Assembly (NCBI GenBank): GCA_963702895.1
Contig: OY969767.1
Span: 1,984,001-2,048,000 of the forward strand
Direction of reading: 5' to 3'
DNA: 64,000 nucleotides
Source: an uncultured Elusimicrobia bacterium
GTDB taxonomy: Bacteria > Elusimicrobiota > Elusimicrobia > 2-01-FULL-59-12
This document shows, piece after piece, positions 20,496-32,154 of the stretch (its first letter is position 1; each line of letters begins with the position of its first letter). Made by a program: the position numbers and the translations under genes. The notes beneath the pieces are model-generated. The model did no database searches and was not told the origin of the DNA. It saw only the letters and a list, made by a program, of their open reading frames with translations.

Positions 20496-22115
20496 TTATA
20501 GCACCGCCGCTGTGTCACGCTGCTGGGCATTGCGAAAGATCCTGTAATCCAATTGCGGGAAGATGTTGTCCCGTCGCTCCATCTCGGCGAGGGAGCCCTC
20601 ATGGATATCCCCACGCCGAATTTGCTCGTTGAGCTTAAGGAAACGATAGAGATGGTCGCGTGTGCGCTTGTTGGCATAGGAGGAAGCCGTTCCCACCGTC
20701 ATCAAGAAAGCCCAATCTGAGGATTGGGCAAGATAGAGCTCTCGAGCCGCTTGATTAAGCGCGCGCTCCCGGACTTCAGAGGCGGTTGGATTCTGCTCCG
20801 CCAGCTCAATCATGAGTTCAGAGGCCTTGTGGAGATGACGGTAAATCCAGTCGTTAGCGCCGTTGAGCCAGACTTCGTGATAACCCTTGTCACCCCACGA
20901 TGACATTTCGGGCTGAATAATCTGATTATTGGGGTTTTCCGCGAGATACTCGCTCGGCGTAACCAGGCGTAGGTCTTTCTGGTCGTAATGGATTTTCCGG
21001 AAAAGGAATTCCAGAAAGTCAGGCCCTTCATACCACCAGTGACCAAAGAGCTCCGCATCGTACATGGCGACCACAATGGGTTTCTTCTGGAGAAGCCCAC
21101 TTAAGTGTTCCACCTGTTTCTGGCGGTTAAACATGAAATTTCCGGCATGCTGTGCGGCAATTTCAAGCGCCTCGTGAGGGTTGTAGGGCTCCTTGGCATG
21201 CAGGGGTACCTTGCCCGTGATTTTGTAGTACTTTAGGCCTACATTGCGCCGCACCCCATCGGCATGGAGGTAGGGCTTCATGTATTCGTAATCGAGATCA
21301 TATCCGACGTCACGGTAGAACTCCCGATAACGCCAATCACCAGGATAACCGGTATCACCAGACCAAACTTGATGGGCAGATTCCATATCTCGTCCGAAGG
21401 CCGCCACACCCGAGGGGCAGTAGACCGGTGCATAAACACCATATTGGGGACGAGGGGTCCCAAAAAGGAGCCCATGGGACTCCATAAAAAAGAATCGGAT
21501 GCCCTGCTCTTGGAGGAGGATATCGTCCCCGATGTTGTAGGCACATTCGGGAAGCCACATGCCGCGCGGACGCCTGCCGAAGTAGCGCTGGTAATCGTCT
21601 GTCGCAAGGCGAACTTGGGCTCGCGCCGCTTGACGCTGATTCATTAACGGCAAATACCCATGCGTCGCGGCGCAGGTAATGATTTCCAGCATCCCTTGGT
21701 CCTGGAACTGGCGGAACGCCAGCAAGAGGTTCCCCCTGTACCAGTCCTCATAGATCTGCCTGCAGCGTTTGAGTTTGCGCTCATACATCTGAGCTGAGCT
21801 ATGGTAAGCCGGCATCTCACGGGTCCGGTGGACTTCTCGCTCTGATAACTCGATTAAGCGGGAAAGATAGCGTCTGAAGCGCGACTGAAGCAGTGGATCC
21901 GACATCATGGCGCACAGGGGCGGGGTCAGCGACATGGTGAGGCGGAAATGGACACGTTCGGTCGCTAGCCGCGACATCATGTCCAAGAGCGGCAGATAGG
22001 TTTCGGTGACCGCCTCGAAGAACCAGTCTTCCTCGAGAAAATCATCATACTCCGGATGGCGCACAAAGGGCAGGTGCGCGTGGAGCACAAGAGCGAAGTA
22101 ACCTTTTTCCGTCAT
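20496..22115 (-). CDS. GH57 1,4-alpha-glucan branching enzyme (DUF1957)
   Basis: LHAHLPFV, ETYLPLL, WLPECAY, YDAELFGHWWYEG, AQSSDWAF. Confidence 0.9.
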   Translation of the reverse strand: MTEKGYFALVLHAHLPFVRHPEYDDFLEEDWFFEAVTETYLPLLDMMSRLATERVHFRLTMSLTPPLCAMMSDPLLQSRFRRYLSRLIELSEREVHRTREMPAYHSSAQMYERKLKRCRQIYEDWYRGNLLLAFRQFQDQGMLEIITCAATHGYLPLMNQRQAARAQVRLATDDYQRYFGRRPRGMWLPECAYNIGDDILLQEQGIRFFFMESHGLLFGTPRPQYGVYAPVYCPSGVAAFGRDMESAHQVWSGDTGYPGDWRYREFYRDVGYDLDYEYMKPYLHADGVRRNVGLKYYKITGKVPLHAKEPYNPHEALEIAAQHAGNFMFNRQKQVEHLSGLLQKKPIVVAMYDAELFGHWWYEGPDFLEFLFRKIHYDQKDLRLVTPSEYLAENPNNQIIQPEMSSWGDKGYHEVWLNGANDWIYRHLHKASELMIELAEQNPTASEVRERALNQAARELYLAQSSDWAFLMTVGTASSYANKRTRDHLYRFLKLNEQIRRGDIHEGSLAEMERRDNIFPQLDYRIFRNAQQRDTAAVL

Positions 22116-22813
22116 GACTTAGGCTCCTGCAAGCGCCAAGAGGAAAGGGAAGAGGAAGAAACGGACCCAAATCCAGCAGAAACAGATCCGGAGAACACCG
22201 ATCGCAGGTATTCCCATCGTAATTCCATTCCCTTCACAACCTCCCCACCAGAAGCTCCTTTGGAGCTCCCCACGCCCAAGGCCATCATGGCCATTCTCTC
22301 CCAAATGCGTGTATCAAGGCCAACGGACATCCATTGGCTGTCGATACGATCCGAAACCCGCCCCCTGGGCTGGCGAATGATGTTGGAACGGAAGAGCACG
22401 ACAAATTTGCCATCTGGCCAGCGAAGCCCCAAGTCCACGACATAGAAATGCCCGGCTTGCGGCACTTGCACATACCACTGGCGGGCAAACTTTTGCAGGT
22501 CCACGTCAAAAGAGGAGCAACTGTCGAGCGGGGTATGGGGGGATTCCCCCAAGTCATACACACGCAGGACCAGTGTGGCCACTTCCCAGCAGTTTCTGCC
22601 GTGTTCAAGGCGCACGGCTTCCGCTTTTTCAGGTGTGATTTCCCAGTAGCCAAAAAACCAGTAGGGGTCCCGTGTCATGATCACAAGACGATTGTCACCG
22701 TAGCCCTCGGGGAGGATGGCGCCATTCTCGAAGGACTGTTCGGGCCCACCGGGCTCAAACTTCCCTCGTTCGACATCTTGCTCCGAATGATGATGCGTAT
22801 GACTATTCGCCAT
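22112..22813 (-). CDS. DUF4912 domain protein
   Basis: LPEGYG...RDPYW..YWE...LRVYD...WY...RSN; Ser-rich tail; next to GH57. Confidence 0.8.
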   Translation of the reverse strand: MANSHTHHHSEQDVERGKFEPGGPEQSFENGAILPEGYGDNRLVIMTRDPYWFFGYWEITPEKAEAVRLEHGRNCWEVATLVLRVYDLGESPHTPLDSCSSFDVDLQKFARQWYVQVPQAGHFYVVDLGLRWPDGKFVVLFRSNIIRQPRGRVSDRIDSQWMSVGLDTRIWERMAMMALGVGSSKGASGGEVVKGMELRWEYLRSVFSGSVSAGFGSVSSSSLSSWRLQEPKS

Positions 22814-22975
22814 AAAGGCTAATCCTTTAAGCTAACACTGGGTAACATCTCTGGGCTAATTGACAAGGGCAGGCACTCGACCTAGTCGAGTCCTATCTAA
22901 CCAAAATCATTCCAAGTGAGTCAAGGAGTGTTTTTGTGGATTTATCGCATTAAAACCGAAAAAGCCTGCAAACAT

Positions 22976-23992
22976 TTAGATCGTACGTCCGACAGCCAAC
23001 GCGACGGCACGTAGCTCTCCCATGAGTTTTGCAAACTGATCCGGCAACAGAGACTGCGGGCCGTCCGAGAGAGCCTCCTCCGGCTTGGGGTGCACTTCAA
23101 GAATCAGCCCGTCGGCTCCGACCGCCACAGAAGCTTTGGCCAGCGCCGGGATGTATTCACGAATTCCTACGCCATGCGAGGGATCGACGATGATGGGCAA
23201 GTGGGTCAGGTGCCGGAGTACAGGCACCGCGTTCAGGTCGAGCGTGAAGCGGGTCGCTGTCTCAAAAGTGCGTATGCCGCGCTCACAAAGGATGACGTTG
23301 TAGTTGCCGTTGGCCATGATGTACTCAGCGCTCAGGAGCCATTCCTGGATAGTGGTCGACATTCCCCGCTTGAGCATGACGGGTTTTCTCGTTTTCCCCA
23401 CGACTTTGAGCAGGTCAAAATTCTGTACGTTGCGCGCGCCAATTTGAATGATATCCGCGTATTCTTCCACGAGCTTGACGTCGTTTAAATTCATCACTTC
23501 GGTCACGATGGGCAGGTTGGTTTTCTTCCTGGCCTCAGCGAGAAACCGTAACGCCTTTTCCCCATGTCCCTGAAATGCGTAGGGAGACGTCCTGGGCTTA
23601 AAGGCCCCTCCGCGCAACATATGCGCGCCCGCCTCTTTCACAGCATCGGCCGTAAGCAGAAGGCGCTCTTTCGTATCAACAGAACAAGGGCCCGCCATGA
23701 TAATGACACGCTCTCCGCCAATGGAGACACCGCGGCCCACATCAATGATGGTGTTTTCTTTCTTCAACTCCCGACTGACCAGCTTATAGGGCTTGGAAAT
23801 GGCGGTGATGCTCTCAATCCCTTCCATCGCCTCAAAAGCATCACGTGTGCGGATCGCGTTTTCACCGATCACGCCAATAATCGTGACTTCCTTGCCGTGA
23901 GTCGTGTGAGGGGTAAATCCAAGAACTTTGATTTTCTTGGCGATCGCGTCGATCTGCGATTTGGTCGCGTTGGGCTTGAGCGTTAAAATCAT
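22976..23992 (-). CDS. aroF: DAHP synthase, type I-beta
   Basis: [38 protein letters not shown]. Confidence 0.93.
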   Translation of the reverse strand: MILTLKPNATKSQIDAIAKKIKVLGFTPHTTHGKEVTIIGVIGENAIRTRDAFEAMEGIESITAISKPYKLVSRELKKENTIIDVGRGVSIGGERVIIMAGPCSVDTKERLLLTADAVKEAGAHMLRGGAFKPRTSPYAFQGHGEKALRFLAEARKKTNLPIVTEVMNLNDVKLVEEYADIIQIGARNVQNFDLLKVVGKTRKPVMLKRGMSTTIQEWLLSAEYIMANGNYNVILCERGIRTFETATRFTLDLNAVPVLRHLTHLPIIVDPSHGVGIREYIPALAKASVAVGADGLILEVHPKPEEALSDGPQSLLPDQFAKLMGELRAVALAVGRTI

Positions 23993-25116
23993 CGACCTAA
24001 AACCTCCTTGATGGCCCGCAAAAATTGGCGGTTCTCATCGGGCAAACCGTAGCTCACCCGGATACGTTCCGGATAGCCGTATTCGTCCATCGAGCGCACA
24101 ATGATACCACGAGACAGGAGCGATTCGAACACCTCCCGGCCGCGGCGCGGTGAAACGTCCACGAGCACGAAGTTGCAGGCTGAGGGAAGTGTCGAAAGAC
24201 CGAGCCTGGCCAGTCCCGAAAGCACGATCTTACGTTCTTTGACGACATGCTGCACCGCTTTTCGGATGCGTGCTGTATCGGAAAGGCTGGCTTCCGCGCC
24301 CGCCTGAGCCAGAGCGCTCACGTTGAACGGCGGGCGTGCCCGGTCCAACGCCGCGATAATGTCACGATCAGCAAAACTGTATCCCACGCGCAGCCCCGCC
24401 AGGGCGTGCGCTTTTGAAAACGTCCGCAGAACCACAAGGTTTTGATACTCCTTTTGGAGGGAGAGTGTGTCGGGGTAATCGGCAGCGAAAGCCTTGGCGT
24501 ATTCATAGTAGGCTTCGTCCACCACCACCAGAATGGGCATGGCACGACGCGCATTGGCCGCGGCCACTCTCTTGAGGAGCCCGAGGAGTTCCGCTTGGGG
24601 ATTGTACGTCCCAGTCGGGTTGTTCGGATTGGCAATAAAGATCAGTTTGGTGCTCTCACGAACAGCCTCCGCCATGGCGGTCAAATCGTGGGTGTCACAG
24701 CGCATGGGGACCGTGATCACATCGGCTCCCATGAGCTCCGCCGCCATACGGTAACGAATAAAAGCATGATCAGAAACGACAATCGAATCGCCAGGATTTA
24801 AAAACGTCTTGCCCAGAAGTTCGATCAGCTCATCAGAGCCTGCGCCCACCATCACCCGTTCGGGCTCTGTGTTGGCTTGGCGGGCAAGCGCGGCGCGCAG
24901 CGACGTGCTTGCTCCATCAGGATAGAGAAAGAGATTCTTCCCTAGTCTTTGCATGGCAGCCAAGGCTTTGGGCGAAGGTCCTAGGGGATTTTCATTGGAG
25001 GCGAGTTTAATGATGCGTGAAAGTTTTCGCTCACGCTTCACGCTTTCGATAGACCGGCCAGGCAAATAAGGCTCAAAGCCCCGCACTTGGGGGCGGATCA
25101 GCTTGCTTGTATCCAT
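23989..25116 (-). CDS. hisC: Histidinol-phosphate/aromatic aminotransferase
   Basis: [35 protein letters not shown]. Confidence 0.92.
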   Translation of the reverse strand: MDTSKLIRPQVRGFEPYLPGRSIESVKRERKLSRIIKLASNENPLGPSPKALAAMQRLGKNLFLYPDGASTSLRAALARQANTEPERVMVGAGSDELIELLGKTFLNPGDSIVVSDHAFIRYRMAAELMGADVITVPMRCDTHDLTAMAEAVRESTKLIFIANPNNPTGTYNPQAELLGLLKRVAAANARRAMPILVVVDEAYYEYAKAFAADYPDTLSLQKEYQNLVVLRTFSKAHALAGLRVGYSFADRDIIAALDRARPPFNVSALAQAGAEASLSDTARIRKAVQHVVKERKIVLSGLARLGLSTLPSACNFVLVDVSPRRGREVFESLLSRGIIVRSMDEYGYPERIRVSYGLPDENRQFLRAIKEVLGR

Positions 25117-26243
25117 TATTCTCCGCGAGGGTAGGAGCCGAGTATTTTAAGAACCACACACGACCGCTCAAGAATGGCGAGAGCTTTTTGAACCCGGGCT
25201 TCCGAGCGGTGGCCAAGAAAATCGACAAAGAAGATATATTCCCAGGCCTTTTGTCGCGTGGGACGGGACTCGATCTTGGTGAGGTTGAGTCCACCCTTTT
25301 TGAAAGGCACCAGCATGTCGAAAAGCGCACCGGGGCGATCTTTTATCGAAAACATAATGGACGTTTTGTCCCTGCCTGTCGGCTCAGGCTCGGCCGTTCC
25401 AATGACAAGAAAGCGGGTGCTGTTTTGGTGGGAATCCTCAATGCGCGACGCCAGAACCCGCAAACCGTATTGGTCTGCGGCAAGCTTGGAGGCGATCGCG
25501 GCGCTGCCGCGCCGTCGGGCCGCCCGAATCGCCGCCTCGGATGTCGAGGTGGCCTCCTCGATCCGGACCGAGGGCATGTGTTCATCCACCCACATCCGGC
25601 ACTGGGTCAGGGCCTGGTAATGCGAATAAAGGACTTTTATTCGTCCGACGTCCGAGGCGCCACACATCAGGCGCCCGCCAGCCGTGTGGCGGATCCGACG
25701 TCGCACGTCGGACGTAGAACGGCCTAATAAATAGTGATGAATGGGGAGCTCGAGCTCCGCGCAGATGGAGAGCGGAGAGTCAATGAACATATCCAGCGTA
25801 TGGAAGACGCCTCCTCCGAGAGAATTTTCGATAGGCACCACACCAAAATCGGCCCGGCCCTTGTCGACTTCCGTGAAAACATCCGTAATGGTCCGAGCGG
25901 GAAGAAGCGTTGCCCCCCGTCCGAAGCACTGGAGCGCGGCGGCATGCGAAAAGGAGGCTTCTGGCCCAAAATAAGCGACCGCCATTTGTTTCTGAAGATT
26001 TCGGCAGGCATGCACAATTTCACGGAAGAGATTTTCAATCGCCTCATTGGGCAAAGGCCCGGGGTTTTGCGCCTGCAGTTCCTGCAAGAGCTTGCGTTCT
26101 CGCCCGGGGACAAAAATGGATTGGCCCTTCTGGATCTTGAGCGACCCAATCGCTTGGACAAGCTTCGCGCGCTTGGAGAGGAGCCCCAAAAGCGCCTGAT
26201 CCAGTTGGTCAATCTGCTGGCGGAACCGTGGAATGGAATTCAT
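25116..26243 (-). CDS. pheA: Chorismate mutase/prephenate dehydratase with an in-frame hairpin insertion
   Basis: N-terminal CM domain, VVPIENS, NSTRF, ACT domain NLTKIESRP. Confidence 0.93.
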   Translation of the reverse strand: MNSIPRFRQQIDQLDQALLGLLSKRAKLVQAIGSLKIQKGQSIFVPGRERKLLQELQAQNPGPLPNEAIENLFREIVHACRNLQKQMAVAYFGPEASFSHAAALQCFGRGATLLPARTITDVFTEVDKGRADFGVVPIENSLGGGVFHTLDMFIDSPLSICAELELPIHHYLLGRSTSDVRRRIRHTAGGRLMCGASDVGRIKVLYSHYQALTQCRMWVDEHMPSVRIEEATSTSEAAIRAARRRGSAAIASKLAADQYGLRVLASRIEDSHQNSTRFLVIGTAEPEPTGRDKTSIMFSIKDRPGALFDMLVPFKKGGLNLTKIESRPTRQKAWEYIFFVDFLGHRSEARVQKALAILERSCVVLKILGSYPRGE

Positions 26244-26890
26244 CGATGATCTCGCTTCATGATTAAGGATACCTGCCGTTTGGACGTCCCGTCCCGTCTA
26301 TAGGAAAAGAAACGGGACCCGTGCATTGTACATCCCTCAAAGGGTCTTTTGCGCACCCAACGGATGCCCAAACGCTGGGCCTGTGCTTGAAGCTCGCCAG
26401 CAAGGTCGATTCTCCAGTGATGATCCCATCGCGTGCGCGTCCGTGGGAAATGCTGGGCCACGTCCCATCGAACCTTATAACAGCAGGATTGGATATGGGG
26501 CCCCAGCCAAACGACCACATCTTGAGGAGGAACGCCCCAATACCGCTTGATTTGTCTGAGCGCCTGACTGAGAATCCGCTTGGAAATACCACGCCATCCC
26601 GCATGCAACAAGCCAACCACCCGGCCTTGGCAAGCCTGAAGAAATACGGGTACGCAATCCGCTGTAAAAATCGCCAGCGGCTGAGCCGCCCTATCAGTCA
26701 AGAGCCCATCGGCGCCGGGGAATCGGGTCGATCGAGAAAGTTTAGCCACCCGGCGCACCACAGAGCCATGCCGCTGTTCGGCTGTCGCCACTCGGGAAGG
26801 CCAGTGGGCTGATTTTAGGATTTTAGAAAGCACGCCGGGCGATCGGGCATCGCCATGGCGAATTCCCGTTACAAGCGCGACAAAACTCAA
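26240..26890 (-). CDS. pgeF: PgeF/YfiH polyphenol-oxidase-like family protein
   Basis: ADGL, TADCVPV, HAGWRG, GPHI..CCY, FSYRR. Confidence 0.85.
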   Translation of the reverse strand: MSFVALVTGIRHGDARSPGVLSKILKSAHWPSRVATAEQRHGSVVRRVAKLSRSTRFPGADGLLTDRAAQPLAIFTADCVPVFLQACQGRVVGLLHAGWRGISKRILSQALRQIKRYWGVPPQDVVVWLGPHIQSCCYKVRWDVAQHFPRTRTRWDHHWRIDLAGELQAQAQRLGIRWVRKRPFEGCTMHGSRFFSYRRDGTSKRQVSLIMKRDHR

Positions 26891-27984
26891 GTTTGCTGGA
26901 AGGCGCCGCTGTTCTCGTTGCCGGATTGGATGCCGCGTACAGCCATCATGATCTCTTCGGGGTTGGAGGAGGCCTCAAGAGCTGTCTCAAGATTGATCTC
27001 GCCCTTATGGATCAGGCCGACCAAGGCCTGGTGAAAGGTCTGCATGCCATAATAGGAACCTTGTTTCATCACCGTCGTAATTTCAGAGAGGGTGTTTTCA
27101 AGGATGTGTTTACGTATGAGCGGCGTCACGACCATGATCTCGACAGCAGGCACGCGGCCCGATCCGGAGGCATGCGGCAAGAGACGCTGAGAAATGACCC
27201 CTCGCAAACAGTCTCCGAGCTGGAAACGAATCTGGTTTTGTTGATGGGGCGGAAAGATATCGATAATACGATTGACCGTTTGTGAAGCGTCGATCGTATG
27301 AATGGTGGAGAGGACCAAATGGCCTGTCTGAGCAGCGGTCAGAGCAGCGGCCATCGTCTCCAAATCACGCATTTCCCCCAGGAACACCACATCGGGATCT
27401 TGCCGAACAGAGTGCTTGAGAGCTTCGGGGTAGCTGAGCGTATCCTGTTCGAGCTCCCTCTGCGAAAGGATCGACTGTTTGTCTTCATGGATATATTCGA
27501 TCGGATCTTCAATGGTAATGATGTGGCGGCTTCGCGAGGAATTGATGTAATGGATGATCGCGGCCAGTGTGGTTGACTTTCCACTCCCTGTTGTTCCTGT
27601 CACCAGCACCAGGCCTCGGGGCTCATCCGCGATTTTCCTGACCGCGGGTGGAAGCTTGAGTTGTTCAAAGGTCGGAACGGTCATCGGAATGGCACGAAAA
27701 GCAACATTGACCACATTGCGCTGCCGATAAATATTGACGCGAAAACGGCCAAGCTTCTCCACCGATAAAGCGATATCACACTCCATACGCTCTTCAAAAA
27801 GCCGCAGCTGCTTCTCATTGAGAATGCTCTTGATCCACCGATCCACGGTCTCTGAGGGAATGGACTCGGGGGTCCTGAAGGCAAGGTTCCCGTCGACACG
27901 GAATGCGGCCGGCTTATTGGAACGTAAATGGAGGTCCGAGGCCCCTTTTTCCGCCATGATCTGTAAAAGCAAGCGAAGTTCCAT
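26887..27984 (-). CDS. pilT: PilT/PilU-family pilus retraction ATPase
   Basis: ASDLHL, GTTGSGKSTT, TIEDPIE, RQDPDV, GMQTF; start at MELRLL. Confidence 0.85.
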   Translation of the reverse strand: MELRLLLQIMAEKGASDLHLRSNKPAAFRVDGNLAFRTPESIPSETVDRWIKSILNEKQLRLFEERMECDIALSVEKLGRFRVNIYRQRNVVNVAFRAIPMTVPTFEQLKLPPAVRKIADEPRGLVLVTGTTGSGKSTTLAAIIHYINSSRSRHIITIEDPIEYIHEDKQSILSQRELEQDTLSYPEALKHSVRQDPDVVFLGEMRDLETMAAALTAAQTGHLVLSTIHTIDASQTVNRIIDIFPPHQQNQIRFQLGDCLRGVISQRLLPHASGSGRVPAVEIMVVTPLIRKHILENTLSEITTVMKQGSYYGMQTFHQALVGLIHKGEINLETALEASSNPEEIMMAVRGIQSGNENSGAFQQT

Positions 27985-27991
27985 AGAGGAT

Positions 27992-29161
27992 TTAGTTGCG
28001 CAAACGACCCGGGCGAAGGCGAAGGAAGGCTGGACGTTGGAGCTCTTCTTCGGCAGCTTTCTTTTTGAGCGTCCCAATTTCGGTGCTATCCATCAGGGGG
28101 TCCGCGGAATCTCCAGGAGTCGGTCGGGAACCCACGCGACGCTCGTAACCAACGCGCGAGGCTCTGGCGCTCACTTTCTTGCTCATGGCCCCCACGCGCA
28201 CCGCTGGGAAACCGGTCGCGATGACCGTGATCTGAATACGGTCTTCCAAGGACTCATCGAAGGCGTGCCCATAGAAGACATGGGCCTCAGGACAGGCGCT
28301 ATAGATGTAATTCATGGCCTCGCCAACCTCATGCAGGGTGATATCGCGGTTCCCCACGATGTTGGTAATCACCCCTTTGGCGCCATCGATGGAAACATCT
28401 TCGAGAAGAGGATTTTTGACCGCCAGCTGAGCCGCGCGAAGGGCGCGGTCCGGGCCGCGCGCCTCACCGATGCCCATCAGGGCCTCTCCGGCGCCCGTCA
28501 TGACCGTACGCACGTTGGCAAAGTCCATGTTGATCTCGCCGGGGTGGGTGATAACGTTCGAGATCGCCTGCACGGCCTGGCGCAACACGTCGTCGGCGAT
28601 ACGAAAAGCGTCTTCAAAACGCGTCGTGGGCTCGACAATGGACAACAACCGGTCGTTGGGGATGACGATCAGCGTATCACAATATTGTTTAAGCTCCTTG
28701 AGCCCGCTTTCCGCCTGTCCGGACTTCACGCGTCCTTCAAATTGGAAGGGACGTGTGACCACGCCAACCGTTAGGGCCTTGCAGTCCTCTTTCGCAACGC
28801 GTGCGACAAGGGGAGCGCCTCCGGTTCCTGTACCGCCCCCCATCCCGGCCGTCACAAAGACCATATCAGAACCGTAGAGGACCTCTTTGATTTTTTCTGT
28901 GCTTTCCTCTGCGGCCTGTCTTCCGACGCTCGGATTTCCCCCCGCCCCGAGGCCTCGCGTCAAACGCTCGCCGAGCTGGAGCATCAGCGGAGCTTTTGAC
29001 CTGCGTAGGGCTTGTGCATCCGTGTTGGCCGCACAGAATTCGACATGACGCAGACCTGACTCGATCATTCGGTTGACGGCATTGCCTCCGCCGCCACCGA
29101 CTCCGATCACCCGAATGATCGCAGGCTGTTCGCGAACGTCTTCGGCCAGTTTAATGCGCAT
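27992..29161 (-). CDS. ftsZ: Cell division protein FtsZ
   Basis: [34 protein letters not shown]. Confidence 0.97.
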   Translation of the reverse strand: MRIKLAEDVREQPAIIRVIGVGGGGGNAVNRMIESGLRHVEFCAANTDAQALRRSKAPLMLQLGERLTRGLGAGGNPSVGRQAAEESTEKIKEVLYGSDMVFVTAGMGGGTGTGGAPLVARVAKEDCKALTVGVVTRPFQFEGRVKSGQAESGLKELKQYCDTLIVIPNDRLLSIVEPTTRFEDAFRIADDVLRQAVQAISNVITHPGEINMDFANVRTVMTGAGEALMGIGEARGPDRALRAAQLAVKNPLLEDVSIDGAKGVITNIVGNRDITLHEVGEAMNYIYSACPEAHVFYGHAFDESLEDRIQITVIATGFPAVRVGAMSKKVSARASRVGYERRVGSRPTPGDSADPLMDSTEIGTLKKKAAEEELQRPAFLRLRPGRLRN

Positions 29162-30414
29162 CAGAATGTCTCCTCGACCCAATCGCGCACACGCTGGGCA
29201 ATCGATCCGGCACGCGGGGTGCGACGCCGGCCTGTGGTCGCGGTCGCCCACTGCGATTCTCCGCGATAGGGAAAGCCGAGAAGCCCGATCGCCGTGGCGT
29301 AGCTGGGGTGACCGACGATTTCACTCTTGCCGACGACCCCTTGAGGAAGTCCTACGCGGCTCGAAAGCTGCAGAATCTTTTCAGCAGCCAGCTCAATACC
29401 TTTCAGCAGAGAGCCGCCCCCCGTGAGCACCGCACCCCCGGGCACCACCCGGTCGGAATAGCCGGAATCTTGCAACTTCTCAGAGATCATCGTGAAGATT
29501 TCCTCGACGCGGGGCTCGATAATGTCAATGAGGGTGCGCCGGCCGACTTTGCGGAAGGTGCGGCCGTCCATCGCTGTAAAATTGACCTCGCCATCGTTTT
29601 GGTCCAGCAGGCTCGACATGGCGACACCAAAGTTTTCCTTGATCTGCTGCGCCTGCGACAAAGAGGTCCTCAGTCCATAGGCAAGATCACGTGTGATGGA
29701 ATCAGCGCCGATGGAAAGCTTCTCCGTGAAATGGATGCTCCCATCGAAATACACCGCGATATCGGTGGTTTGCCCCCCAATATCAATGAGGAGCGACCCC
29801 AGATCACGCTCTTCCTGCGTGACCACGACCTCCCCTGCCGCCAGAAGCCCGTAAATGGGCTCTGTGACGGAGAAACCGGCCATGTTGATCGCCTTAAAGA
29901 TGTTGCTCAAGTGAGAGCGGGAAGCGGTGACGATTTGCACATCCACCTCCAGCAGAGAGCCTTCCATCCCAACAGGGTTGGGGACGCCTTGCTGCCGGTC
30001 CAGTGTAAAGCCTTGCGGGATCGTGTGGATGATTTCGCGGTCAGAGGAGAGATGAATGGCTTGCGCGCTTTCGATCGCTTTCTCAACGTCATCGGCTGTA
30101 ATTTCTTTGTCTGTGCGAGCGATGTTGAGAGCCCCGTGATTGTTAAAGGTCTGCAGGTGGCCCCCTCGAACGGCGATGGTGACATCTTTCACCATTTCCT
30201 TGGCCGCGTCCTCGGCTTCCTCACATATACGCGTCACAGCACGAGCGGTTTCGTTAATATTGATGACGACCCCACCCTTGAGACCTCCCGGGCAGGCGCT
30301 GCGTGATCCACTTAAGATTTCAATCTGCCCGGTCTGAGCATCCCGCCGACCAATCACACAGGCCACCTGGGCGCTGCCAATGTCGAGGCCTGCGATAATA
30401 TCCGTTTTTGACAT
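29161..30414 (-). CDS. ftsA: Cell division protein FtsA
   Basis: [29 protein letters not shown]. Confidence 0.96.
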   Translation of the reverse strand: MSKTDIIAGLDIGSAQVACVIGRRDAQTGQIEILSGSRSACPGGLKGGVVININETARAVTRICEEAEDAAKEMVKDVTIAVRGGHLQTFNNHGALNIARTDKEITADDVEKAIESAQAIHLSSDREIIHTIPQGFTLDRQQGVPNPVGMEGSLLEVDVQIVTASRSHLSNIFKAINMAGFSVTEPIYGLLAAGEVVVTQEERDLGSLLIDIGGQTTDIAVYFDGSIHFTEKLSIGADSITRDLAYGLRTSLSQAQQIKENFGVAMSSLLDQNDGEVNFTAMDGRTFRKVGRRTLIDIIEPRVEEIFTMISEKLQDSGYSDRVVPGGAVLTGGGSLLKGIELAAEKILQLSSRVGLPQGVVGKSEIVGHPSYATAIGLLGFPYRGESQWATATTGRRRTPRAGSIAQRVRDWVEETF

Positions 30415-30449
30415 GATGTCCCCGCCTCTCTAACCCCTAAAAGATGATT

Positions 30450-31274
30450 TCATGGTGAGCGTGACGATTTCGGTAACACTATTATGCGTCCCTGATCGAA
30501 AAAGCGCAAATCCGCCCACGCTGTTCCCCCCGAATGTGCGTGCATATCGTCGAGAACGCGGAGAAGGGCCTGCACTTTTTTGCCGATCGATTCTTTTTCC
30601 GGCTGGCCCCACAAGATGACCGTGCCGGATTTGGTCGTGAGTTCAAGCGCTCCATACATATCCTGTTTGAGCGCGATCACTCTGGACCAGAAGGGGTAGT
30701 AAGAGGCTAATCGCATAAGCCAACGTCCGAGGTCGACGCGTCCCGTCGAAGCTGTAAAGCTTGCTTGAGGAAGATCTTTCCAGGCACCAGGCCTGGCGGG
30801 AAACGACACGCCTTCGCGATCGAACCCCTGGTTGTTCCAGAGGACCAGGGGAACACGAGGTTCGAGTTGGATGAGAACGGAATTCGTACGCCAAGACTTC
30901 GCCAAACGCACCCTTCGCACAGCAACGTACTTACGGCGAAGTTTCTTGTCTAACCAAAAAGGCACGCCGGGAAGCCAGAGGAGAAAGGCATTTTGAGGAA
31001 GCTCGGCCAAAACAGGCAAACCCGCAAGCGCATTCGGAAGAACGACCCGGATTTGGGGCGTATGCTGTCGCACAAACCTGGACAAAATGGAATCTCGGCC
31101 GGCGACCACGCCCACGCCGAAGCCAACAACAAGAGCCACGACGATACTGCGCCGCAAGGCGGTGTGAATACGAAACCGCAGTTGTTCGCGCCGTTTAAAA
31201 CGAAGCGCAACGCGCTGCTTACGAAGCCGACTAGCCACCCGATTCCTCGGCCAGCTTGACGACAAGGGCGTCAA
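30450..31274 (-). CDS. ftsQ: FtsQ/DivIB-like protein; start uncertain
   Basis: Basic N-terminus, one TM, C-terminal DLRF; lies between ddl and ftsA. Confidence 0.7.
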   Translation of the reverse strand: MTPLSSSWPRNRVASRLRKQRVALRFKRREQLRFRIHTALRRSIVVALVVGFGVGVVAGRDSILSRFVRQHTPQIRVVLPNALAGLPVLAELPQNAFLLWLPGVPFWLDKKLRRKYVAVRRVRLAKSWRTNSVLIQLEPRVPLVLWNNQGFDREGVSFPARPGAWKDLPQASFTASTGRVDLGRWLMRLASYYPFWSRVIALKQDMYGALELTTKSGTVILWGQPEKESIGKKVQALLRVLDDMHAHSGGTAWADLRFFDQGRIIVLPKSSRSP

Positions 31275-32154
31275 AATCCAGCCCTGCCGCGCGCGCGGCC
31301 TCAGGCAGGAGCGAGGTCTCGGTCATGCCGGGGATCGTGTTGACTTCCAAAAGACAAGGGCCGCACAGGCGGTCGACAATCATATCGACCCGTGCGGCAC
31401 CTCGCGTGCCGAGCAACCCACAAGCCTTTACCGCCAAGGCTTGGCACCGGGTTTGGACCAGTTCCGAGACACGCGCTGGCACGATATGCCGAGAGCCCCC
31501 GGGAGCGTATTTGGCATGAAAGTCGTAAAAGGACCTGTTGTGCTGCGGCAAAATCTCAATGACGGGCAGCGCCTTCCGACCGAGAACCCCCACCGTGACT
31601 TCTGGCCCCTCCAAGTACGTTTCGACCATGGCCGGTGCGCCATAAGAGAGCGCAAGGCGCAACGCCCGCTTCCACTGCGAGGCCCGCTTGACGATCGAAA
31701 CCCCGACGGCAGATCCTTGTGAGACGGGTTTTAGGACGACCGGTAATGGAAATGGCGAGCGGGGAGTCGGTTTTGAAATCAGGGCGAAGGCCGCGGTTGG
31801 AAGCTTCGCCGCCTGGAAAAGGTCTTTGCTGCGAGCTTTATCCATGGCCATCGCAGAAGCAAGAACGCGTGAACCGGTATAGGGGATCCTGAGCCACTCG
31901 AGCAAGCCCTGGACTTGGCCATCCTCACCGCCAGTCCCATGCAGTGCGATATAGGCAAACTGAATTCGTTTCCTTCTCAGGGATCCAACGAGATCTTGGG
32001 CAGCGTCGATGGCCGCCACCCGAAACCCCTGACGTTTCAGGGAGGCATAGATGGCGCGTCCCGTTTTAAGTGAAATCTCCCGCTCGGTGGAAGTCCCCCC
32101 CATGAGCACGCCGATGCGTTGCTTTTTCAGCCAACTTCTAAAATCCCTCACCAT
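31231..32154 (-). CDS. ddl: D-alanine--D-alanine ligase
   Basis: GGTSTEREISL, LHGTGGEDG, GSAVG, LEVNTIPGMT. Confidence 0.95.
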   Translation of the reverse strand: MVRDFRSWLKKQRIGVLMGGTSTEREISLKTGRAIYASLKRQGFRVAAIDAAQDLVGSLRRKRIQFAYIALHGTGGEDGQVQGLLEWLRIPYTGSRVLASAMAMDKARSKDLFQAAKLPTAAFALISKPTPRSPFPLPVVLKPVSQGSAVGVSIVKRASQWKRALRLALSYGAPAMVETYLEGPEVTVGVLGRKALPVIEILPQHNRSFYDFHAKYAPGGSRHIVPARVSELVQTRCQALAVKACGLLGTRGAARVDMIVDRLCGPCLLEVNTIPGMTETSLLPEAARAAGLDFDALVVKLAEESGG

